Of a stretch of 64,000 bases of DNA, positions 38,890 through 46,777 are shown piece after piece. A model generated the notes under the pieces. It was given only the letters and a program-made list of their open reading frames with translations. It ran no database searches and had not been told where the DNA came from. The stretch's first letter is position 1, and each line of letters opens with the position of its first letter. The position numbers were made by a program, and so were the translations under genes. This DNA is from Candidatus Kerfeldbacteria bacterium CG15_BIG_FIL_POST_REV_8_21_14_020_45_12 (GTDB lineage Bacteria > Patescibacteriota > Patescibacteriia > UBA9570 > XYC2-FULL-38-9): NCBI GenBank assembly GCA_002781785.1, contig PFGC01000037.1:13589-77588 (forward strand), read 5' to 3'.

Positions 38890-39172
38890 AGGTGGAGCTG
38901 GGTGGGAGGTCGGCCGAAGCTTACCCCCACCCAGCTAGCACTGTTGGTATGATCACTGTGGACTCCCCAGTCCAACGCAGGGCTTCCGAGGCCCTACTCG
39001 CCGGTCCCGCAGGCGTTATCGTTCCTTGCGTGGGGTCTCCAGTCCCACCGATAAAGCCAAGCCAGCTCAGTAATCACGGCTCTGGCCGATGCCCATGCGG
39101 CTCATCGACCAAAGGTCCCTCGTCAACGAGTGACAGCCCTCCAGCTGGTTCGTTAACGTCACCTCTAGCGCC
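38890..39172 (-). ncRNA. Candidate novel structured RNA (~280 nt, GC-rich) with its own promoter; family unassigned
   Basis: On the minus strand, a TTGACT-17-TAGAGT promoter sits at 39179-39207 on plus-strand coordinates. Downstream is a GC-rich region packed with hairpins, ending in a perfect 11-bp stem (AGCTGGGTGGG...CCCACCCAGCT) followed by CAGCTCCACC and a U-rich tract. Every frame gives low-complexity Pro/Ser/Gly or Arg translation. Confidence 0.3.
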
Positions 39173-39213
39173 GTCGGCACTCTATCTGAAGGGCCTTATT
39201 TAGTCAAATATAA

Positions 39214-39270
39214 AAAAAGAGGCGGGTCGATCAGCAGCTCTCCGAAATATTCCAGAGACCGATCGATCCG
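39214..39270 (-). terminator. Terminator hairpin for paralog A (minus strand)
   Basis: Long imperfect hairpin CGGATCGATC...GATCGACCCG followed on the minus strand by CCTCTTTTTTT; it overlaps the stop codon. Confidence 0.5.
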
Positions 39271-40068
39271 CTATTTGTTGCCAGGCGCGGCTGGGCTAGT
39301 GACCAGCACCAGTAGGCCATCACGGTTGGCGCGACAGCCGCCACTGGCCATTGCCTCCCTGACGATGGCTTCCAGCTGATCCGCCACTTGAGGTGATGGA
39401 TCCTCATCCTCATCGTTGATGAAGTAGATTCCACAGATGTAGCTCTCCTGGTCGCCATCATCGACCCCGAGCATGACCCGAGTGCCGATGGGCAGATCCT
39501 CGATGCTGCTCAGACGATCCTGGATGGTTTCGAGCAGTTCAGCCACGGCAATGCCTAGCTCGGCGGTTTCGAGCAGGGGCATGTCCACCTTGCTGTCACC
39601 GGAGAGTTGGATCTTCATGCGGGAGCGTTCAGACCAGTCCTTGATCTGGGCATCGCAGACGATGGTTGCTGCGATCAGGTCGCTCAGGCTTGCGTTGCCG
39701 ATCGGTACAGTCCTAGCGAACGGAAGATCGAGGTACACGTGGAAGCTGTGCTGTCGCCGGTGCTTGAGCCCCAGGGCCTCTACCATCTCGGCGAGATTGA
39801 AGAGCATTTCGACGGCTCGGGGCAGGCAGGCAGGTCCCAGTTCGCCGACCGGCAGCAGGATCAGCATGGTGTCTTCACCATCGAGCGCCACCGGGTTGTT
39901 CGAGTCCATCAGGTCGATGCCTTCCTCGATGAGATCGGCACAGACCTCTTCCAGGGTGTTGGGGAAGGGTTGACCCAGAAGTGAGGTCAGGTGACCTGCC
40001 GAGTCAGTAGCTGTGAACAGGATCGTCACCGATCCGCTTGCTCCAGTGAAGATGTCAGTCGGTGTCAT
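39271..40068 (-). CDS. Unknown-function protein, paralog A of a tandem triad (GC-rich island)
   Basis: 265 aa from the ATG at 40068, which has a ctGGAGGacagATG ribosome-binding site. It shares blocks with B and C (VTILFTATDS.. / ..MLILLPVGELGPA). GC3-rich codons; promoter TTGACT-17-TAAGGT at 40105-40133 on the minus strand. Confidence 0.5.
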   Translation of the reverse strand: MTPTDIFTGASGSVTILFTATDSAGHLTSLLGQPFPNTLEEVCADLIEEGIDLMDSNNPVALDGEDTMLILLPVGELGPACLPRAVEMLFNLAEMVEALGLKHRRQHSFHVYLDLPFARTVPIGNASLSDLIAATIVCDAQIKDWSERSRMKIQLSGDSKVDMPLLETAELGIAVAELLETIQDRLSSIEDLPIGTRVMLGVDDGDQESYICGIYFINDEDEDPSPQVADQLEAIVREAMASGGCRANRDGLLVLVTSPAAPGNK

Positions 40069-40201
40069 CTGTCCTCCAGTAGCACTCACCTTGAGCGCGA
40101 TCTTACCTTAATAGCAAGGGTCGATCTAGTCAATAAAAAAAGAGACCCTACACGCACCTGGAGAGGTGGGTAGGGGTGAGAGAGACTTGCTGCGCCTCTG
40201 C

Positions 40202-40918
40202 TCAGGAGCTGGGGTTGTCCGTGCGGCGCCGGGAACCTCCCGCGCCGAAGCGGCGGAGGAGCTCCAGCAGCGACTCGCTGCCGTCGGTCTGGTCGCGGAA
40301 GATGTCTTCGACGTCGAAGCCGGGGCTGAAGCCGACGAACCGCACTCGGACCAGCGTCGGACCACGCGAGGTGGGATGGCCGCTGTTGAAGACGCCGTCG
40401 ATGGCATCTTTGGCTGCGGCGAGCTCCTTGAGCTCACGGCAGACCCAGGTGGGGTCCGTGAACACCCCGACGCTCGAGGAGACGCGACCGGTGGTGAGCA
40501 GATTGGTGATCCGTCCGAAGCTCAGCCCTCCGAGCAGGGCGAGGGCCCAGCTGACCTCGTCGTTGGAGACCTGCCAGAGATCGGACGGATCGATGGCGAT
40601 GGCCACGTCGGCGAGGTTCTGGTTGGTGACGTTGGCGACGATCTGTCGTCCCGCCATCGTCAGGCGGTTTGCCAGGCCTTCGTCGATCGCCCCCACCGGT
40701 ACGAACATGACCTTGCGGCCAGTCTGGGTGGTGTAGATCGTCGAGGCGGCCAGAGCATCACCGCGGATGCGGCGATGATCGGCGTTGAAGATGGCTTCAG
40801 CCTCGACGTCCTGGTGGAAGCCGAAGAGGGGGACGCGACCGAGGCCGCAGTAGCAGGTGCTGACCAGGATGACGGTCACGGCGGGGAGCTTTCCAGAGAA
40901 CAGGGGACGGGGCTGCAT
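40202..40918 (-). CDS. Unknown-function protein, paralog B of the tandem triad
   Basis: 238 aa; ATG with a GGAGG ribosome-binding site. Blocks AVTVILVSTCY and KVMFVPVGAIDEGLA align with A. Own promoter TTGACA-18-TATTGT (40999-41028, minus strand) and a downstream hairpin plus T-run. Confidence 0.5.
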   Translation of the reverse strand: MQPRPLFSGKLPAVTVILVSTCYCGLGRVPLFGFHQDVEAEAIFNADHRRIRGDALAASTIYTTQTGRKVMFVPVGAIDEGLANRLTMAGRQIVANVTNQNLADVAIAIDPSDLWQVSNDEVSWALALLGGLSFGRITNLLTTGRVSSSVGVFTDPTWVCRELKELAAAKDAIDGVFNSGHPTSRGPTLVRVRFVGFSPGFDVEDIFRDQTDGSESLLELLRRFGAGGSRRRTDNPSS

Positions 40919-41105
40919 GTTGCCTCCAGGCTACAGCTGTGATGTTTGCTCGAAACCGAAACTTTTGAATTTGGGGATTTTACCCCTCGAGCCGCCTGAC
41001 AATACCGGATTAATTTGGTCTTTGTCAAGGGTTTTTAAAAAAAGATCGCGCGGCAGACTCGGAGTCTAGCGCACGCGAAGGTGGCGGGTGTGACCTGATC
41101 CTTCT

Positions 41106-41789
41106 CTAATCGCGGTAGAAGGGGGCCACGTCGATGGCCCAGCCACTGTTCCGCTCGATGGCGGCAAGCAGACGGTCGCCGAGGCGGCCGGCAGCCTTGC
41201 GTGGGTGTCGGATCGTCTGGCTGGTCTTGCGCCAGGTCTCCGCCAGTCGCTCTGACCGCTGCGCCCATGTCAGCCAGCTGCTGTGGATCCAGGCCATATC
41301 CCTGGCCGTCTGGTCGTCCACGACCTCCGGGCAGGTCACGAGCACCTGCGGGGCGAAGGGGGTGTTGCGCCAGCGAGCCATGGTAGCGACGGTCTCCATG
41401 CAGCCCATGATCAGCTGCATCAGGCAGGTGCCTCGCAGCTGGCCGGGGTCGAGTACCAGGCAGGTATGCGTGACCGAGAGGTGCTTCTGAATCAGCAGAG
41501 CTCCCAGGTACTGGCCGATGTGGCGGTAGTACAGGCTGCTCAGGTCACGCCAGTCCTGTCCGAGCCCGACCATGATCAGGGTGGCCGTACCCGAGACGGT
41601 GATCAGGGACATCACGTTGAGCTGGCCGGTGATGTCTGGGAAGCGGACGGCCGCGTCCATGATCGAGTTGAAGTAGCCTTCCGGCAGCTTGTCCGGGCTC
41701 GAGATGAGCACGGGCTGGTTGTTGTCATCGCGGCCCGTGAAGACGACGACGAAGCGGGTTGGTGCCAGGGTGAAAGGAACGGGGAGCAT
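41106..41789 (-). CDS. Unknown-function protein, paralog C of the tandem triad
   Basis: 228 aa from the ATG at 41789 (GGAGGcagtacATG). Blocks TRFVVVFTGRDD and VMSLITVSGTA resemble A and B. Own promoter TTGACC-17-TACACT (41843-41871, minus strand), divergent from the 41939 gene. Confidence 0.5.
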   Translation of the reverse strand: MLPVPFTLAPTRFVVVFTGRDDNNQPVLISSPDKLPEGYFNSIMDAAVRFPDITGQLNVMSLITVSGTATLIMVGLGQDWRDLSSLYYRHIGQYLGALLIQKHLSVTHTCLVLDPGQLRGTCLMQLIMGCMETVATMARWRNTPFAPQVLVTCPEVVDDQTARDMAWIHSSWLTWAQRSERLAETWRKTSQTIRHPRKAAGRLGDRLLAAIERNSGWAIDVAPFYRD

Positions 41790-41887
41790 GTACTGCCTCC
41801 AGTACGTCAGGGTGGTGCCGGCAGAAACTACCAAGCCGCCGCAGTGTATCCAAATATTTATTATAGGTCAACGCTTATTGTTAAATA

Positions 41888-41916
41888 TCTAACTTTGTGG
41901 TATAATTATTTTAGAA
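41888..41916 (+). promoter_or_regulatory. Promoter TTGTTA-17-TATAAT for the membrane protein, divergent from the paralog C promoter
   Basis: Consensus -10 box and 17-nt spacer. Confidence 0.5.
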
Positions 41917-41938
41917 AAAAAATCATTCGCAACTAGCG

Positions 41939-42628
41939 ATGAATGTAGAGGAACAGCCGATTTCAATGCGGTTGGCACAAGCCACCACTGAACAGGCGTC
42001 AAAGAAAAAAAAGAAAACTACAGACAAACAGGCAGATCAACAGGTTGAATCAGTTGAGGAGGTCGTCGAGTCAGGTAATACGACGGAAGCTACCACAACT
42101 CAGCCACCGGTTGCTGACCAGCTTGCTGAGATGTTTAATTTGGCTAACCCCACTTGGGATCTTTTTATTATAGTATTTTTTGCTGTATCGGCTTTGTTGT
42201 ATGGAATGTCCCTAGGACGTGATCGAATTATAGTAATTCTTGTATCAATCTATATGTCCTTGGCGGTAGTACAGGCTGTGCCAGACTTTGTGCTTAACAT
42301 CACGGTTAATCAAAGCTTTGCCTTTCAGTTTACAACCTTTATATCGTTGTTTGTTGTCTTCTTTTTTATGATCTCGCGATCGGCCTTGCTGCGAACGATT
42401 GGTTCAGGTGGGCAGCGCGGTGGATTTATAGCCACAATTATCTTTTCAATTTTGCACGTTGGTTTGTTGTTGTCGATTGCCATGTCATTCATGCCGCCAG
42501 AATTTTTACAACGCTTTGCGCCACTAACTCAAACTGTTTTTACAAACGAGTGGGCGGTGTTTGGTTGGATTTTGGCACCGATTGCCGCCATGATTGTATT
42601 TGGTCGGAGAGAGATTGAGGAAAAATAA
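41939..42628 (+). CDS. Hypothetical integral membrane protein (4 TM; CvpA-like topology)
   Basis: Acidic, T-rich N-terminus followed by four hydrophobic helices. Confidence 0.4.
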   Translation: MNVEEQPISMRLAQATTEQASKKKKKTTDKQADQQVESVEEVVESGNTTEATTTQPPVADQLAEMFNLANPTWDLFIIVFFAVSALLYGMSLGRDRIIVILVSIYMSLAVVQAVPDFVLNITVNQSFAFQFTTFISLFVVFFFMISRSALLRTIGSGGQRGGFIATIIFSILHVGLLLSIAMSFMPPEFLQRFAPLTQTVFTNEWAVFGWILAPIAAMIVFGRREIEEK

Positions 42629-42670
42629 AAGAACCAAACAGTAGACTACTGTTCGCTTAAATTTTTTTAT

Positions 42671-43642
42671 TTAAAGTTCAGCAGGAGCTTCGCGGCGGAT
42701 GTCTTGTACTATAGCTTCAACGTCTTCAATTGAGTCAACCTGAACGAGACGTTTTCTGTAAGAAGAAGCATGAGGAATGTCGCGCACGTACCATCCCATT
42801 ATTTTCCTGACTTCTACAAAAGGTCGGTCAGAATTAAGTTGACTGGCCAGGCGAGCATGTTCGACCATGGCATCAAGAATTTCGTTTGTAGTTAGTTCGT
42901 GATATGTGCCGGTTTCAAGATAGTCTTTGATTTGTTTACCTATCCAAGGTTTTCCAAAGGAACCACGAGCCAAAGCAACCCCAGCGCAGCCAGTATAATC
43001 TAGTGTGTGTTTAGCGGCTTCGGGAGTATGAGCATTGCCAGAGGCGATAACTGGGAACGGCACTATGTTCATAACTTCTTTTATGCAATCAAGATCTGCT
43101 GCTCCAACGTAGGGTTTTTCAAAACTACGTCCATGTACACACAGAGCCGCAATGGGTAAGTCTGAAATCAAACTAGCAAACTCACGGACGTGAGTATTTT
43201 TATAGCTCACTCTAGTTTTTACTGACACAGGAACTCGGCCGGCCACTCCGTCTAGAGTTGCTTCAATCACGGCTTTGGATAATCCAAGATCACCAAGTAG
43301 GGCACACCCGCCGCCGTTTTTAGCAACTTTTGGTGCCGGGCATCCAAAATTTATATCCACACCATCAAAGCCTAGGTCAACAATTTTTTTAGCAGCCTCG
43401 TAAAAATAATCTGGTTCAGAGCCAAATACTTGGGCTACTATAGGCCTTTCCAGATCGTCAAACTCCAGCATCTTCAAAGTTTTCTCTGAATTATGGTGCA
43501 GAGCATAAATTGAAATAAACTCGGGAAACAAAATATCTGAGTGGTACTTCTTGACCATCTGTCGATAGGCCTTATTGGTAATCCCGCTCATTGGAGCCAG
43601 ATAAATTAACGGTTTTGGTAGGTTTTCCCAAAAATTATTCAT
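42671..43642 (-). CDS. dus: tRNA-dihydrouridine synthase
   Basis: LAPMSGITN...VDINFGCP..K FMN-binding TIM-barrel motifs. Confidence 0.85.
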   Translation of the reverse strand: MNNFWENLPKPLIYLAPMSGITNKAYRQMVKKYHSDILFPEFISIYALHHNSEKTLKMLEFDDLERPIVAQVFGSEPDYFYEAAKKIVDLGFDGVDINFGCPAPKVAKNGGGCALLGDLGLSKAVIEATLDGVAGRVPVSVKTRVSYKNTHVREFASLISDLPIAALCVHGRSFEKPYVGAADLDCIKEVMNIVPFPVIASGNAHTPEAAKHTLDYTGCAGVALARGSFGKPWIGKQIKDYLETGTYHELTTNEILDAMVEHARLASQLNSDRPFVEVRKIMGWYVRDIPHASSYRKRLVQVDSIEDVEAIVQDIRREAPAEL

Positions 43643-43706
43643 AATCGGCTGGGGCGTGCTGATTTAGGCAAGCTATCAATGCATTTAAAATATTGTGCGT
43701 AGCCTA

Positions 43707-45110
43707 CTAGAGTCCAAGTTGATCGTCAATTGGTTTTAGCACCGGACCGTCTTCGGTGTCGTCTACGGCAAAACCAAGTTTGGCAATTTTGTCTCGTAGC
43801 TCATCAGCGGTGGTATAGTCTTTGGCGGTGCGCGCCTCTTCTCGTTTTCCTATAAGCTTATCCATTTTTTTGCCGGCCTTCTGTAAACGCTCACGAAGTG
43901 AGTTGCTTTGCCGCATTAGATCTAGACCGAGTATTTTATCCATCTCAAATATGGTTATAGCTTTTACGGCCGATGTATCATTTGACTTTACCACTTCCCA
44001 CAATGCAGCCATGGCCTCTGGTAGATTTAAATCATCGTTGATGGCTGAGTGAAATTTTTCTAAAGAATCCGCGTTGCCGGTGGAGGCCGGTTCATCCCAA
44101 GTTGATAATAGATAGACAAGTTTATTGTACGCGTGTTGTGATTTGTCTAGAGTTTCCCAGCTAAAATTTAACTTTGAGCGATAGTGCGCGGTTAATGCAA
44201 AGTAACGGTAGGCTAGGGGATTAAAGCCTTTGTCGATGAGGTTGGATAAGGTAATAAAATTACCCACTGATTTCCCCATACGACCGTCATTGATTAGGAG
44301 AAACTCTCCATGCATCCACCAGCGGGCAAAAGGCTGATCGGTGACAGCCTCTGATTGAGCAATTTCGTTGGTGTGATGAACTGGCATATGATCGACTCCG
44401 CCGGTATGGATATCAAGAGTTTTTCCGAGATATTTCATGGCCATGGCAGAGCATTCTAAATGCCAACCTGGAAAGCCAGTGCCCCAAGGTGATTCCCATT
44501 CCATAGCTCGTTTTGAGTCTGTTGGGGAAAGTTTCCACAGCGCAAAATCTGTCGGGTGATGCTTTTCAATACTTTTTTCTACTCGAGCCCCTTCTTGTAG
44601 TCCGGAAATGTCTAGTCGAGCCATTTTTCCGTAATCTGGAAACTTAGATGTATCAAAATAAATTCCATCAGAGGTTGCATAGGTGTAGCCTTTGGCTTCG
44701 AGTTGCTTAACAAGCTCTATTTGCTCAGGAATATGTTCTGTGGCTCGAGGGCGTTGGCTAGCCGGTAAGATGTTGAGACGCTTAATATCGTTATGAAAGG
44801 CCTCTTCATAAAACTGAGCAACTTGCCAAACAGTCTTGCCCTCGCGGGCGGCTCCTTTTTCCATTTTATCATCGCCGGCATCAGCGTCGTCAGTTAGGTG
44901 ACCAACGTCAGTGATGTTCATCACGTGATTTACATCGTACCCGTTAACTTGCAGGGCACGGCGCAGGATGTCGTAAAACAAAAAAGTGCGCAGGTTGCCA
45001 ATATGCGCGTAATCATAAACAGTCGGACCACAGGTGTAGAGAGTGACGTAGTCGGGCTTAGCTGGAGTGAACTCCTCCTTCGATCGAGTCAGCGAGTTAT
45101 ACAGTTTCAT
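43707..45110 (-). CDS. cysS: Cysteinyl-tRNA synthetase
   Basis: HIGN (HIGH) motif, KMGKS motif, and zinc-binding cysteines. Confidence 0.9.
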   Translation of the reverse strand: MKLYNSLTRSKEEFTPAKPDYVTLYTCGPTVYDYAHIGNLRTFLFYDILRRALQVNGYDVNHVMNITDVGHLTDDADAGDDKMEKGAAREGKTVWQVAQFYEEAFHNDIKRLNILPASQRPRATEHIPEQIELVKQLEAKGYTYATSDGIYFDTSKFPDYGKMARLDISGLQEGARVEKSIEKHHPTDFALWKLSPTDSKRAMEWESPWGTGFPGWHLECSAMAMKYLGKTLDIHTGGVDHMPVHHTNEIAQSEAVTDQPFARWWMHGEFLLINDGRMGKSVGNFITLSNLIDKGFNPLAYRYFALTAHYRSKLNFSWETLDKSQHAYNKLVYLLSTWDEPASTGNADSLEKFHSAINDDLNLPEAMAALWEVVKSNDTSAVKAITIFEMDKILGLDLMRQSNSLRERLQKAGKKMDKLIGKREEARTAKDYTTADELRDKIAKLGFAVDDTEDGPVLKPIDDQLGL

Positions 45111-46049
45111 TTATTTGAGCCAGTGCTTTTTTGCGAAATACACGAATAGAATTGAAGTAGCGCAAATCATCACGATTATTATTTTCCAAAAATCATAAGG
45201 ATGACCATTAAATGGGCCAAATTTGGTATTCATTCCAAAAATTCCGGCCAGCACAGCACTTGGTAGTAGTAGAGTTGAAATGCCTGTGAGAGTTTTAAAA
45301 ATTTCGTTGAGGTTATGTCCGATTAAGCCGTCATTGGCCTCTTGCAGTGCCTCAACTTCTTCTTTGTTGGAATCAAGGGCTTCCCAGATATCAGCAGCGT
45401 CATTTACCAGTCCTTCGAGAAGTTTATTGTCTGAAAAAATTATCAACCCGCCTTTTTGTAGTGCGGTATCATTAAAATGCTGAAAGACGCCACTGTAACC
45501 TCGAACCGCTTTACGCATGTCAGTAATATTTTGTCGCATTCTGAGAATTTCCTTAACCAAACTTCGTCTGTCTTCAGTTTCATCGTAGATAGCATTTTTT
45601 ATTTTCTCTAACTCTTGATCAATGTGATCGATCATAGGATAGGTGCGATCAATTACCTCGTGCAGCATTTTGGCGATGAACTTGGAGCAATTATCGTTCA
45701 GTAATTCGTTCAACTTTTTTTTATCGGTTTTTAATTCCTCCCACAGTTCTTTTAAGGAAGGAATTTTCCCATCGTGAATAGTTACGATCCAATCCTTGCC
45801 GATAAAGGTATCAACTTCATCAATTTGGATGGTCCGAGATACTGGATCGAAAATTGGAACAACCAAGATCATGTAGGTGTAATTCTCGCGAATAACGATT
45901 TGTGAACGAAAAGTGCTGCGGAAAGCGTCCTTAAAATCAGCATCGTGAAAAGAAAAAGTTGATTTTAGTTCAGACTTATCTTTAGCGCTTGGCCTGATGA
46001 TGTTTGTCCAACGAAGGCCTTGTTGGCTTTTAATCTCTTGGGTGCTCAT
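45111..46049 (-). CDS. corA: Magnesium/cobalt transporter CorA
   Basis: C-terminal 2 TM segments with the GMN motif (IFGMNTKF). Confidence 0.85.
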   Translation of the reverse strand: MSTQEIKSQQGLRWTNIIRPSAKDKSELKSTFSFHDADFKDAFRSTFRSQIVIRENYTYMILVVPIFDPVSRTIQIDEVDTFIGKDWIVTIHDGKIPSLKELWEELKTDKKKLNELLNDNCSKFIAKMLHEVIDRTYPMIDHIDQELEKIKNAIYDETEDRRSLVKEILRMRQNITDMRKAVRGYSGVFQHFNDTALQKGGLIIFSDNKLLEGLVNDAADIWEALDSNKEEVEALQEANDGLIGHNLNEIFKTLTGISTLLLPSAVLAGIFGMNTKFGPFNGHPYDFWKIIIVMICATSILFVYFAKKHWLK

Positions 46050-46154
46050 ATGCTCTATTGTATCAGACTGACGGATTTGGTGGAAGCTGCCTATTGAATT
46101 TGTGTCCTATTTATGCTATATTGAAACTCATAAATGAAATGATCTACTAGTGGT

Positions 46155-46766
46155 ATGGTTGCCTTATTCGGAAAAAAAGAAAAGGAATTATCTATGGACC
46201 CTGCGGAACATGCGATAGGACGGGTAGCTACTCCTCATGATGTAGGGGGAGAACCTGGTTTTACTCGGGAGGGGACTCCAGTTGTAACTGAGAAACCACA
46301 AATTCCCGATCAGGCACTGCCTCAAGAAACTGTAGTTGAGGTCGCTCCGTCAATCGATCAGAATGTCGAGAATAACGAGCCTTTACCGGCGCCAACCGGG
46401 CAGTCGGTGATAGCTAGTGATGATCAGCCGGTTTCTATGGCTACGGCGGCTATAAAATCAGCAGCTCGCAAGCAGGTGGAAGAAATTTTATCGGAAGGAC
46501 TTACCCAGGTGTATCAAGGCATGACTCCGCAGGAGCAGCTAGAGTTTAGGAAAAAAGGTGAGGAGGCAGCCACTAAAATTGAAGCTTTAATGACCGGATT
46601 TAAGGCATCCGCCAAAAAAATTGTGGATATTATTCGTACTTGGTTGGCTACAATTCCTCGGGTGAACAGATATTTTTTGGAGCAGGAATCAAAACTGAAG
46701 ACAGATGATATTATTAAGTTGCAACGGAAGTTAAAAAAGAGTCGTCGGTCACGCATCGACGTATAA
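46155..46766 (+). CDS. Hypothetical protein
   Basis: 203 aa; Pro/Glu-rich N-terminus and helical C-terminus; no family recognised. Confidence 0.35.
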   Translation: MVALFGKKEKELSMDPAEHAIGRVATPHDVGGEPGFTREGTPVVTEKPQIPDQALPQETVVEVAPSIDQNVENNEPLPAPTGQSVIASDDQPVSMATAAIKSAARKQVEEILSEGLTQVYQGMTPQEQLEFRKKGEEAATKIEALMTGFKASAKKIVDIIRTWLATIPRVNRYFLEQESKLKTDDIIKLQRKLKKSRRSRIDV

Positions 46767-46777
46767 CGGCTAGTTTC

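Noticed and set aside
38890-39172. Assignment of the candidate RNA as tmRNA (ssrA)
   Set aside because: The 3' CAGCTCCACC matches tmRNA. However, there is no GGGGCUG 5' end (only AGGGCUG), no tag-peptide ORF ending in AA plus a stop, and the T-loop would be 19 nt. It is kept only as an unclassified candidate ncRNA.
38892-39203. 103-aa plus-strand ORF (Pro/Ser/Gly-rich) over the same region
   Set aside because: Low-complexity product, GTG start with no properly spaced ribosome-binding site, and a promoter on the opposite strand; more likely non-coding.
39271-41789. Possible GvpF/GvpL (gas-vesicle) identity of the paralog triad
   Set aside because: The only support is similar length and a tandem-paralog arrangement. 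The GvpF hallmark LYVYGVV/PxRFG motifs are not convincingly present, and no gvpA, gvpJ or gvpN is nearby.
39473-41936. Many overlapping plus-strand ORFs in the large island (39473-39973, 39607-39984, 40166-40942, 40176-40736, 41134-41490, 41283-41936)
   Set aside because: All are antisense to the three minus-strand genes, which have ribosome-binding sites and promoters. Their translations are Arg/Ala/Ser/Gly-rich low complexity.
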